Of a DNA stretch of 64,000 bases, positions 48,224-56,318 are shown piece after piece. The stretch comes from a virus. The notes under the pieces are model-generated. The model ran no database searches. It worked only from the letters and a program-made list of their open reading frames with translations, and had not been told where the DNA came from. Both the position numbers and the translations under genes were made by a program. The DNA is taken from IMG/VR virus record IMGVR_UViG_3300036768_000767, positions 2,341-66,340 of that record; one strand, written 5' to 3'. Positions within the stretch are counted from its first letter, which is position 1. Each line of letters starts with the position of its first letter.

Positions 48224-49645
48224 GTGGATCTCTCTGCCCCGACGCTCGGGAAGCTCACCACCGCCGGCATCCTCGGCCGCGGCGGGATGGCGGTGGTGTT
48301 CGCCCTGGAGGCGACGCCGCGCGACCCGCTCCGGCCGTGGCGGTACGTGGTGAAGATCCCGCACGACGTCGGGGTGATCCAGAGGCGGCTCGTCGCCTAC
48401 TATGTGATCCGTACCCGGCTGGCCGACGTGCACGACGCCTGCCGCTTGGTGGACATCGCTCACGACGGTCCGGGCGGGAGGCCAATCGGCCTCGTACTCG
48501 AACGCGTCTGCGGCCTGCCCCTCGGGGAGGTGGCCGCCCGCAGCAGGCTCCGCCTCGGTCGGCGGCGACGGATCGGCCTCGCCGCGAAGCTCGCCCGGGC
48601 CGTCAATGCCTGCGTCTCACGCGGCATGATCCCCGGGGACTTGAACCCGAACAACGCGCTGGTCGCCCTCGGGTCCGCCCGCGACCGACTGAAGCTGATC
48701 GATACCGACGACCTGAGCCTCGACGCCCGCGACCCCGCCACCGGGCGAGTGGTGAGCTTCCACAGCCCGATGGCGGTGAAGGCGCACGTCGCGCCCGAGC
48801 TCTGGGGGAAGGCCGACGCCCGGCACACCGAGGCCACGGTCTCGTACGCCCTGGGCGTACTGGAGTACCTGCTCCTGACCGGCCGGCACCCGTGTGCCGT
48901 CCCGGACGACGCGGCCGTCGACGCCAACCTCGACCGCGGCGTGTACGCCGACCCGCCGGCCTGGGCGCCGAAGGCGATCAGGGACCTCATCGCCGCGTCA
49001 TTCGGCCGGGACAGTGGGCGGCCGAAGCTCGCCGACTGGGTCGGTGGGTTCGGCGCCTGGGAGAAGACGATCCGGAGGCAGCGATACGGGGTCTTGGGGT
49101 GTGGGGGCGCGGCCCTGGTCACCGCCGTGGTCGGCTTCGCCGGCCTGCCACCCTCCAGCCCGACACCGCCGCCGGCGACGGTCGTGGCGCGACCGCTGGC
49201 GGCCCCCGAGGTCGAGCGGAACCAGCCCGCGATCGTGGCGAAGGTCGACAAAAGCCCGCCAGTTTTGGATCGTACCCCGCGACCGAGCGCCGAACCCGCC
49301 ACGAACCCAACCCCACCGCCGGTGGCCCCGAAGGCAGAAAGGCCCTCAACGCCCGACCGCCTGCGCGTGGCCCCGAAGGCGGACTACTGGGCGCGATGGG
49401 CGGCCGTCCCGGACAGGCTGTTCGCGACCGACGCGACAGCGGAGCTCGCGCTGAAGCGACTGGCTAGTGATGTCCGAACCACGCTGGACGAGGTGAGGCG
49501 GGCGGGCAAGCCGGTCCCCGCCGAGCGCGAGGTCGCCGGGCTCCTGGACCGGGTCCAGCCCGGGCTGACGCTCGACGAGTACCGCGCACTCTGGGGGCCG
49601 CTGCTCGGGCACCTGCGGGCGCTCGAGGATCTGCTGACTGACTGA
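48224..49645 (+). CDS. Ser/Thr protein kinase with TM and Pro-rich extracytoplasmic region
   Basis: LGRGGMAVVF, VVKI, GDLNPNN, LIDTD, APE, LLTGRHP. Confidence 0.85.
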   Translation: MDLSAPTLGKLTTAGILGRGGMAVVFALEATPRDPLRPWRYVVKIPHDVGVIQRRLVAYYVIRTRLADVHDACRLVDIAHDGPGGRPIGLVLERVCGLPLGEVAARSRLRLGRRRRIGLAAKLARAVNACVSRGMIPGDLNPNNALVALGSARDRLKLIDTDDLSLDARDPATGRVVSFHSPMAVKAHVAPELWGKADARHTEATVSYALGVLEYLLLTGRHPCAVPDDAAVDANLDRGVYADPPAWAPKAIRDLIAASFGRDSGRPKLADWVGGFGAWEKTIRRQRYGVLGCGGAALVTAVVGFAGLPPSSPTPPPATVVARPLAAPEVERNQPAIVAKVDKSPPVLDRTPRPSAEPATNPTPPPVAPKAERPSTPDRLRVAPKADYWARWAAVPDRLFATDATAELALKRLASDVRTTLDEVRRAGKPVPAEREVAGLLDRVQPGLTLDEYRALWGPLLGHLRALEDLLTD

Positions 49646-49676
49646 CGGGCAACCTTTCAGAGAAGGGAGAAGGGTC

Positions 49677-50033
49677 ATGGCTGAAAAGTCTACGAACGGC
49701 GCGATGGTGCAGGTCGGTGTCAAGCTCCCCCAGGACGTTGCGGAGCGGCTTGAGCTGTGCTGGAAGAAGGCGGGCGCGGAATCTCGGTCGCACTTCGTGC
49801 GCAGCGTCCTCACCGCCGTGGCAAACGGCGAGGGGGCGGTTCCGGCTTCGACCACGACAGCCATCGCCTCGCAACCAATCCAGTCGTCCGACGACGGGCT
49901 CCGCCGCCTCCTCGCCGAGGCCGTGCTGTTCCTGCTCTCGTCCCAGTGGCGTGTACAGTCGACCGAAGAGGCCGCGACGCTCGTACGCGAGGTGTTCTTG
50001 AAGGGGGTGTTGCGTGAGCATCTCGGCGAGTAG
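49677..50033 (+). CDS. Ribbon-helix-helix relaxosome accessory protein
   Basis: VGVKLP..VAERL...SRSHFVRSVL; overlaps relaxase start. Confidence 0.65.
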   Translation: MAEKSTNGAMVQVGVKLPQDVAERLELCWKKAGAESRSHFVRSVLTAVANGEGAVPASTTTAIASQPIQSSDDGLRRLLAEAVLFLLSSQWRVQSTEEAATLVREVFLKGVLREHLGE

Positions 50034-50946
50034 GGCGGAGCAGTATATCGACTGGCTCTTCTACATGGAGGCGAAGAACTCGGGCGCGGGCATCAGGACG
50101 TCCGAGGGGGCCCAACTCCTCGGGTTCGTGGGAGAGAACCCCAGCTTCGACGAGGTGGTCTGCTTCAGCAACAACCTGCGGCCGGATGGGAGCTACTTCC
50201 TCCGGCCAAGGTCCGACCAGGGAACCCACTACTGCTACGTGCTCCACTGCCACGCCTCGGTGAGCGTGCTCCAGGCGGCGAATGATCTCGACTTCACGCG
50301 GCGGCTCCACCAGGAGGGATTGGCGGCCGCGGTGGAGGCGATGAAGGTCCTGGACGGTCGGTGCCAGGTGCGCTTCCGAAAAGACGGCGAACTCATCCTG
50401 CGAGACGCTAGCCCGGTCTGGATCGCGTTCACCGGGACCATGAACCGCAAGGGCGAGCCGTGCCTCCACTGGCACGTCTACACGGCCCGCACCGGCGTAA
50501 CGCCCGACGGGCTGAGCCGGTCGGTCGAGAGCCCGCGGCGGACGTTCTTCAAGCCGCAAAAGGAGATCGACCGCTGCTTCCAGGAGGGGCTCGTGATGCG
50601 GCTGACCGAGAAGCTCGACATCCCGGCGAAACTGGTCGGCGGGACGTGCACGGTGCCGGCGGTGCCCCCGGAGCTGATGGCAGGCATGTGCACCCGCCGG
50701 CACGACGCCATCGAACACCTGACGCGGCGTGGAAAGGAGCTGACGCCGGAGAACATCCGGAGGGCGCTCATCGCCACGCGGCCGGAGAAGGTGATGCCCC
50801 GGACCCTCGCCGAGCAGGTGGAGGGGTGGAGCGAGCAGGCGAAGGCGATCGTCCCGGACTTCAGCGTCGAGCGCCTGCGTGAAGAACAGCGGCAGCAACA
50901 GCAGCGGCAGCAATACCAGCAACTCAGCGGAGGGCTCAAGATGTGA
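50014..50946 (+). CDS. MOBF/TrwC-type relaxase domain, divergent, no helicase domain
   Basis: N-terminal Tyr, GAQLLG, ASVSVL (KSVS), NRKGEPCLHWH (R..DP.LHTH), CTRR, TRPEK. Confidence 0.75.
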   Translation: MSISASRAEQYIDWLFYMEAKNSGAGIRTSEGAQLLGFVGENPSFDEVVCFSNNLRPDGSYFLRPRSDQGTHYCYVLHCHASVSVLQAANDLDFTRRLHQEGLAAAVEAMKVLDGRCQVRFRKDGELILRDASPVWIAFTGTMNRKGEPCLHWHVYTARTGVTPDGLSRSVESPRRTFFKPQKEIDRCFQEGLVMRLTEKLDIPAKLVGGTCTVPAVPPELMAGMCTRRHDAIEHLTRRGKELTPENIRRALIATRPEKVMPRTLAEQVEGWSEQAKAIVPDFSVERLREEQRQQQQRQQYQQLSGGLKM

Positions 50947-52484
50947 AAGAACCAACAGAGAACGAGATCCTGATGGGTTACGCGCTGGTGACGCTCGGCA
51001 TCTACCTGCTCGGCAGGCTCTACGACTCCCTCTTTGACAGTAAGGTCAAGTACAAGGTGGTCCGCGGCCAGCCACTGGGGCCGCCTCGGCGGAACGGGCC
51101 GAAGCCGAAAACGGGTCGGTGGGTTCGCCTCGGCGCGGACTGGCTCGACGAGGGCTTCGGGGTGCTCGGCGTGCTGATAGCCGGGATCCCCGGCGCGGGG
51201 AAGGGCCTGCTCATCAAGGTCTTACTTCGGAGCATCCTCAACCTGATGGACGGGCGGGGCGTCCACCGGGTTGTCATCTTCGATATCGCGCGAGAGATGC
51301 CGCGGTTCGTCTCGGCGTTCGCCCCGGCGCACGTCAACATCTGGATCCTTGACCCGTTCGACGCCCGGTGCACGGCGATCGACTACGCCCGGATGCTCCG
51401 CACCGCCGCGGATTTCCTGAACTTCGCTACCCGGATGGTCCCGTCCACACCGAGAAACCCGCAACCGTTCTTCGAGGACAGCGCCCGGCTCCTCTTCATG
51501 CGAACGCTCCAGCTTCTCAACCACTGCTCGCCGGGAAACTGGGAGCTGATCGACCCGTGCAAGATACTGCGGAATAAGGCCCTCGCCCGCGCCCTGTTCC
51601 AGCGCTTCCCGGCGTTCTCCGACGCAATCACCCACCTGACCGACAACGACGCCGCCCGGTCGGTCTACGCCACGCTGCTCGCCAAGCTCGGGCCGCTCGA
51701 GCCGGCCTTCGCCTGTCTGGCGAAGGCGAAGGAGAAGCGCACGGTGGAGGAGTTCATGGCGAGCGAGGATGTCTGGCTCATGGGCATGGACGACAGGAAC
51801 GCCGAGGCGTGCGCCACCCTCTACGCCCACTTGTTCGACGCCTTCACCGACCGCGCCCTGTCGCAGGTCACGTTTGACCAGAAGCACTGGCTATTTCTCG
51901 ATGAACTAAGGGCCCTGCGGCCGTTGCAGTGCGTGACCAAGGTCGCTACCCGGGGCCGCAAGTCCGGCTGCTGCATGGTCAGCACGATCCACGACCGCTT
52001 CGGGATGTACCACGTCTACACGCGTGACGTCGCGGAAGAGCTGTTCGCGTGCCACGCCTACCACCTGTATCTACGGCTCGGCTCTCCCGACATGTCATCC
52101 TGGGCCAGCGCCAATCTTGGCGAGTGCGACTGCATCGAGCGGCTCACGACCAAGAGCGGCCACGTCCACGAGACCGTCACCCGCCGCCGCAACGTGTCGC
52201 CGTCGGAACTGGAGAATCTGCCACCAGCCGACTACGCCGGCGATCTGGTATCCGGCGCGGTCCGGACCCCGGACCCGAACCTGCCGCCCGCGTTCTTCAC
52301 CTGCACGTTCCGGGACGACGTCGACATCCCCAACGACGGCCGCCCGCTGATGAAGAACTTCGTCCCGCGGCCGGCGAGCGACCAGGATGTCGAGGCCTTC
52401 ACCCTCGACGACCTCATGCGGCTCAACCTGCCCGACACGCCCGAGATCCGCAAGACCATCAAAGACGACCACAAGACCCCCTAA
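50943..52484 (+). CDS. Type IV coupling protein (TrwB/TraD-like)
   Basis: N-terminal TM, GIPGAGKG, LDPFDAR, FFEDSAR, LFLDEL, RGRKSG, WAS..LGE. Confidence 0.9.
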   Translation: MKEPTENEILMGYALVTLGIYLLGRLYDSLFDSKVKYKVVRGQPLGPPRRNGPKPKTGRWVRLGADWLDEGFGVLGVLIAGIPGAGKGLLIKVLLRSILNLMDGRGVHRVVIFDIAREMPRFVSAFAPAHVNIWILDPFDARCTAIDYARMLRTAADFLNFATRMVPSTPRNPQPFFEDSARLLFMRTLQLLNHCSPGNWELIDPCKILRNKALARALFQRFPAFSDAITHLTDNDAARSVYATLLAKLGPLEPAFACLAKAKEKRTVEEFMASEDVWLMGMDDRNAEACATLYAHLFDAFTDRALSQVTFDQKHWLFLDELRALRPLQCVTKVATRGRKSGCCMVSTIHDRFGMYHVYTRDVAEELFACHAYHLYLRLGSPDMSSWASANLGECDCIERLTTKSGHVHETVTRRRNVSPSELENLPPADYAGDLVSGAVRTPDPNLPPAFFTCTFRDDVDIPNDGRPLMKNFVPRPASDQDVEAFTLDDLMRLNLPDTPEIRKTIKDDHKTP

Positions 52485-52504
52485 CCCCCCGAAGGAGGTG
52501 CCCC

Positions 52505-52705
52505 ATGCCGGACATTCGGCTGATCCACGACTGCAGCTTCGCGACGACCAAGGCCGTGCTGGAAGTGTTCGCCCTCGACGAGCGGGAGTACCGCGAGGCC
52601 TTCGACCAGGTGATCGAGATCATCAAAGCCGGGTTCCACACCTACGCGGAGTTCAAGGCCCGGGAGATGGTCCGGCTGGCGAAGGCCCAGCCGGACACCA
52701 ACTGA
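52505..52705 (+). CDS. Hypothetical protein
   Basis: AAGGAGG RBS. Confidence 0.6.
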   Translation: MPDIRLIHDCSFATTKAVLEVFALDEREYREAFDQVIEIIKAGFHTYAEFKAREMVRLAKAQPDTN

Positions 52706-52734
52706 CACCAAACCCTAACTCGGAGTACCCAACC

Positions 52735-53214
52735 ATGAAGAGACTGCTGCTGAAGCTCACCGACAAGCACTACCTGCTCCACGTCGCGACCTACGCGACC
52801 ATCTTCCTCGTGTACGTGTTCATGTTCTTCGCCGCACTCGTCGCGGCCCGGGTCGCGGTCCCCAACGGCCTGAACGCCCTGAAGGCCCGCGGGATCCCGA
52901 ACGTCCTGAACACCACGCCGACGTGGTACTTGGTCGCCTGCGGCCTGATGGCGCCGCTGCTCACACTCGCGTTCTTCGTGTTCATGTTCCGGAGGTGCCT
53001 CATCCCCTGGGTCAACAAGAAGCTCATCGAGCGCGGCCGGCGGCTCGACGCCCTGGAAGGGAAAAAAGTCTGGAAGGGAAAGAAGCGCCGCCGCGCTGAA
53101 GACACTACTCCGACACCTCCGCTACGACGCCGACGAATGCGAGGCGATGGTCGTTGGGCTGTACGACGCCGACGAATGCGAGGCGATGATCGACGCTTCG
53201 GATTCCTCGATTGA
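52735..53214 (+). CDS. Two-TM membrane protein (C-terminus probably rearranged)
   Basis: GGAG RBS; two hydrophobic helices. Confidence 0.6.
   Translation: MKRLLLKLTDKHYLLHVATYATIFLVYVFMFFAALVAARVAVPNGLNALKARGIPNVLNTTPTWYLVACGLMAPLLTLAFFVFMFRRCLIPWVNKKLIERGRRLDALEGKKVWKGKKRRRAEDTTPTPPLRRRRMRGDGRWAVRRRRMRGDDRRFGFLD
53123..53188 (+). repeat. 27-bp direct repeat, 39-bp period
   Basis: TACGACGCCGACGAATGCGAGGCGATG at 53123 and 53162. Confidence 0.85.
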
Positions 53215-53557
53215 GGCGATCTAGGCCATGTTGCCGCCGTTCGGTTCGGAAGAGGAAGCGGAAAAAGCATCGTATCCGATCTTCCGCGTGCTCTGCGAGT
53301 GATAGGCCGGACAGCAGTCACCCGCGCGCTCTGGCGGTTTCGCATGGCCCTCCGAGTCCTTCTTGGGTACCGCCCGACGTCGGTACGGTTCGACGCGGTC
53401 GACCGGAACATCGCGGACCTCTGTGCGAATGCGGCAGCGGACTTCATCTGCGGCAGGTTGTACGACCAGATCTGCGGTAAGCGGCAGGGATGCCCTCTTA
53501 TTCACGATCGGAGATCGACAGAGAACAAGCACAAAGACGAAACCGGGGGGATGAAGG

Positions 53558-53701
53558 ATGAACCAGAAGTACTTGAACCCCGAGCAGATCGCAGCCCGCT
53601 GGGGCGTGCCCTGCGAGGAGCCGGAGCTCGACGGGGTCGTGGTGCAGGAAGTACCGGCGGGACGATGGTCGCTCGCGGTGGCGGGAGGGGGTGGAGGATG
53701 A
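53558..53701 (+). pseudogene. Truncated Xis-like HTH fragment
   Basis: MNQKYLNPEQIAARWGV, then similarity is lost. Confidence 0.4.
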
Positions 53702-53901
53702 CCGAAACACTCCTCACGAAGGAAGAGGCTTGCCAGCTCCTCCGCGTCTCGTCCCGCACGCTGGACCGCTGGCGGGCGATGTGGCGGGCGAGGAAGCTCA
53801 ATCCGCTCGGCGAGGTGAAGATCAGAAAACAGCCCCGCTTCCGCCGCGAGGCCGTCGAGAAGCTCCTTACCACGCCGAAGCTGTGGCTCCAGAACGCCTG
53901 A
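53698..53901 (+). CDS. xis: Excisionase-like HTH protein
   Basis: LLTKEEACQLLRVSSRTLDRW..RFRREAVE; convergent with integrase. Confidence 0.8.
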   Translation: MTETLLTKEEACQLLRVSSRTLDRWRAMWRARKLNPLGEVKIRKQPRFRREAVEKLLTTPKLWLQNA

Positions 53902-53904
53902 CGC

Positions 53905-55140
53905 TCACTTCAGCCCGAGCCCTTCCATCGCCTTCACGGCGTCTTCGAGAGTATGGAAACTCTCGTCGTCGTAGGTTGCCATCGTGAGCCGGATGTCCGA
54001 GTGCCGCATGAAGAGCTGGCGGATGCGGGCCGGGACGCCCGCCTGCCCGAGCATCACGTTCGCGGTCATGCGGAGCGAGTGGAAGTCGGCGTCGCCCTGG
54101 GCCGTCTTGTACGGGATGCCGGCGAATTTCAGATCCTTCTCCATCATTCGCGCCGACGCCTGCGGCACGTCGAACAGCAAGTCGTCCGGTCCCTTATTCG
54201 TGTCCCGAATCCAGTCCGCCAACTCCTGAGCGAACGCGGGTACGAGAAGCAGCCTCACCTGCTGGTCGTTCTTCGTCAGCTTCCCCGGAATCGAGAGTCG
54301 GGGGAACGGCTTCTTGTCCAACTCCAGGTGGTGGGGGCGGAGCGAGCCGATCTCCCCGGCCCGAAGTCCGGTGTAGACCGCCGTCTTGTAGATCAATGCC
54401 CGCTCCCGACCGAGAAGGACGTACCTGGCGACGGCCTCATCCCGCTTCTTCTGGGCACGCTCACGTTGCCGGACGCCGGGGCCGACCTCGGTCCCGTACC
54501 GTTCGTGATACTGAGCGAGCGGTCGGGCCCTCGCGGCGTCAAGGAGTTTCTGGATCTGCTCGACCGTAAGGGCCCTTCGCTCCTTCGTCTTCTTGCTGCC
54601 CGTTGGGGCGTCCACGCGCTCGAGCGGGTTGCCCTCGATGCGGTCCTTCTTGACGAGCCACGCGACGAAGACGGAGATGGCCGAGAGGTGCTTCTTCTTA
54701 TTGCCCGAGGAGCCCTTGACGCCCGCAAGGTAGTGGTCGATTGCCTCGTGGGTGAGGTCGGTGAGCGAGTTCAGGCCGCCGACGAACGCTCGCAGGATGG
54801 CTTCCTTTCGGTCCTTGTCCTTCTCCGACTTCCCCCTCGCCCGCATGACGGGCAGGAACTCGTCGAGGTGCTCGGAGATCTTCCGGTCGTAATGCTTCTG
54901 CCGGGGGTCGACGATCTTCGCCTTTGTCAGGTCCTTCGTCCGCAGGAAGTCGGCTAGCATCGCCTTGGCTGCCGTCTTGTCCGCGCAGAGCGGAACCTTC
55001 TTCTGCTTCGTTCCCTCGCGGTAGTACGCGTACCACTTCTCCGAGGTGCGAACTCGTTTTTCAGCACCGCTTGTTTTCGGTGGTACCCTCCGGCCGTTCA
55101 ACCACCACTCGGTGTACTTCACCTTGATGAGCGTAGCCAT
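53905..55140 (-). CDS. int: Tyrosine recombinase / integrase
   Basis: TGLRAGE (R), K, DFHSLR (HxxR), MRHS, TMATY. Confidence 0.95.
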   Translation of the reverse strand: MATLIKVKYTEWWLNGRRVPPKTSGAEKRVRTSEKWYAYYREGTKQKKVPLCADKTAAKAMLADFLRTKDLTKAKIVDPRQKHYDRKISEHLDEFLPVMRARGKSEKDKDRKEAILRAFVGGLNSLTDLTHEAIDHYLAGVKGSSGNKKKHLSAISVFVAWLVKKDRIEGNPLERVDAPTGSKKTKERRALTVEQIQKLLDAARARPLAQYHERYGTEVGPGVRQRERAQKKRDEAVARYVLLGRERALIYKTAVYTGLRAGEIGSLRPHHLELDKKPFPRLSIPGKLTKNDQQVRLLLVPAFAQELADWIRDTNKGPDDLLFDVPQASARMMEKDLKFAGIPYKTAQGDADFHSLRMTANVMLGQAGVPARIRQLFMRHSDIRLTMATYDDESFHTLEDAVKAMEGLGLK

Positions 55141-55256
55141 GCCGCACCCCACGGGTTCGTGTGTAGCTCCGTGTGTAGCATACCATGGCTGAATGTGACT
55201 TCAAGAGGCCGGTAGTGGCTCGATGTGTCTCGCGCCTTCGAGAGCCAGAAAATGAA

Positions 55257-55283
55257 GAAACCCCCAGATTTTCTGGGGGTTTC
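55257..55283 (-). terminator. Terminator downstream of tRNA-Ser 3' half
   Basis: 12-bp stem GAAACCCCCAGA/TCTGGGGGTTTC with T-rich tail on minus strand. Confidence 0.75.
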
Positions 55284-55294
55284 TCGTGTTTCAG

Positions 55295-55354
55295 CGGAGA
55301 GGGCGGGATTCGAACCCGCGGAGGGGTTTTACCCCCTCGCCGCTTTAGCAAAGC
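55295..55354 (-). other. 3' half of tRNA-Ser(GCT) (att core)
   Basis: Loop TTGCTAA, long variable arm, GCGGG-TTCGAAT-CCCGC, CCTCTCC-G; no D arm or 5' acceptor strand. Confidence 0.85.
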
Positions 55355-55458
55355 TCCATCTTTGATGGCAACTCACTGCGGTACGCCTAAAAATCAAGCT
55401 AATCACAAACGGTCTGCTATTCGGGCGGTTCGGTGTGTAGCTCGGTGTGTAGCAACCC

Positions 55459-55590
55459 AGGGAAGTTCAGCACCGCCCACTCACCACGGAGCTCCTTGCA
55501 CTTCCTGTCCTACACCCGCGCAGCCTCTTCGGCTGTGGAGAAGTAGCCGAGAGAGATGCGCCGGTTCTCGTGCTGGATCGAGGCTTTGAA
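55459..55590 (-). pseudogene. AP2 DNA-binding domain remnant (HNH-AP2 endonuclease-like) with nonsense codon
   Basis: FKASI..RRISLGYFSTAEEAARV*DRKCKELRGEWAVLNFP; TAG at 55510-55512 at the conserved Tyr. Confidence 0.8.
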
Positions 55591-55669
55591 TCCACCATGA
55601 ACGCGGTCCACGTCGCTCGCAGGCCCAGTCACAGCCCTCAAAATCGACTGGGAACATGCTCGGCTCGAA

Positions 55670-55825
55670 CCGCCGCCGCCAGAGCCAGGCGTAGAGCCTG
55701 CCGGGCATTTTCCGGGCGGCGGCAACCGCACCAGCCGTGGCAGCGACGAGTAGCCCGCCGCTGGCAAACTGGTTGGTCCTCAGGAGTTCTTGGGCGTGGA
55801 AGGCGAGATCGGTGATTGATGTCAT
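55670..55825 (-). pseudogene. N-terminal fragment of BCS1-like AAA ATPase
   Basis: NQFASGGLL...PGRLYAWLWRR; no ATPase domain follows. Confidence 0.5.
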
Positions 55826-56026
55826 ACCGCGATGAAGGTATCACATGCGTGATGGTCTGGTAGCGAGTGAAGTGCGGGTGCCATTACGCTAAAGTCGGAC
55901 CTGTGACACTATCAGGGTATGGCATTCTTCCTCCGCCATGTCCTCCCGTTCAATCTACCCTGCCAGGGGTAAATACACTTTTCGCGCCAGCAATCGGGCG
56001 CAGCACACAAGACAAATCAGTTCGTT

Positions 56027-56106
56027 CGGAAAGTAGGGTAATGGCTCATCCTGGGCTAACGTGGCTTTGGACCACGAGACTGCCGGTTCGAGTCCGGCCT
56101 TTCTGA
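56027..56106 (+). tRNA. Atypical tRNA, anticodon TTG (Gln) on Pro-like acceptor, with 7-nt insertion
   Basis: CGGAAAG/CTTTCTG-A, GGGT/ATCC, CGTGG-CTTTGGA-CCACG, GCCGG-TTCGAGT-CCGGC; 8 nt between D and anticodon stems. Confidence 0.6.
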
Positions 56107-56112
56107 TCAAAT

Positions 56113-56217
56113 GGCGAGATGGTGTAACGGCAGCCGCGCCCGGCTCAGGCCCGGGTATCTTCGGATGTGGGAGTTCGAGTCACTCTGACGCAGGTTCGAG
56201 CCCTCCCGCCCCAGCCA
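56113..56217 (+). pseudogene. Degenerate/chimeric tRNA-Leu(CAG) with second T-loop and Gln-like 3' end
   Basis: CCCGG-CTCAGGC-CCGGG, variable arm, GTTCGAG twice, ends GCCCCAGCCA; acceptor stem does not close. Confidence 0.6.
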
Positions 56218-56220
56218 CAC

Positions 56221-56296
56221 GGTGTCGCTAGCTCAACGGCTAGAGCGCCGGGTTGTGGCCCCGGAGACTGCGGTTCGATTCCGCAGCGACACCCCA
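56221..56296 (+). tRNA. tRNA-His(GTG)
   Basis: G-1:C73, GTGTCGC/GCGACAC, CCGGG-TTGTGGC-CCCGG, TGCGG-TTCGATT-CCGCA, encoded CCA. Confidence 0.92.
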
Positions 56297-56318
56297 TCGT
56301 CCTCCCGGCTTATGCCTC

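Larger units (their letters stand above)
55159..55453. promoter_or_regulatory. attP-like site: tRNA-Ser core flanked by integrase arm-type repeats
   Basis: GTGTGTAGC at 55159, 55171, 55433, 55445 (two pairs, 12-bp period) on both sides of the core. Confidence 0.75.
42900..55454. mobile_element. Integrative mobilisable element-like block (left boundary uncertain)
   Basis: SSB-like, DUF932, RHH, MOBF relaxase, T4CP, Xis, Int and att site; higher GC; interrupted by phage-type genes at 45-46 kb. Confidence 0.7.

Noticed and set aside
47401-54957. Long antisense/alternate-frame ORFs (47401..48270, 48337..49467, 49810..50955, 53953..54957)
   Set aside because: Shadow ORFs of GC-rich genes whose real frames carry clear motifs.
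55295-55380. Complete tRNA-Ser gene
   Set aside because: The D arm and 5' acceptor strand are absent; it is an att core.
53123-55453. CRISPR array from short direct repeats
   Set aside because: Only two copies (53123/53162) or 9-bp units; no spacer periodicity and no cas genes.
40222-55590. HNH N-terminus and AP2 C-terminus as one gene split by the mobile block
   Set aside because: Both are on the minus strand but in the wrong order for a simple insertion.
56139-56155. TCA (Sec/opal suppressor) anticodon
   Set aside because: The 7-nt loop CTCAGGC places CAG at positions 34-36, i.e. Leu.
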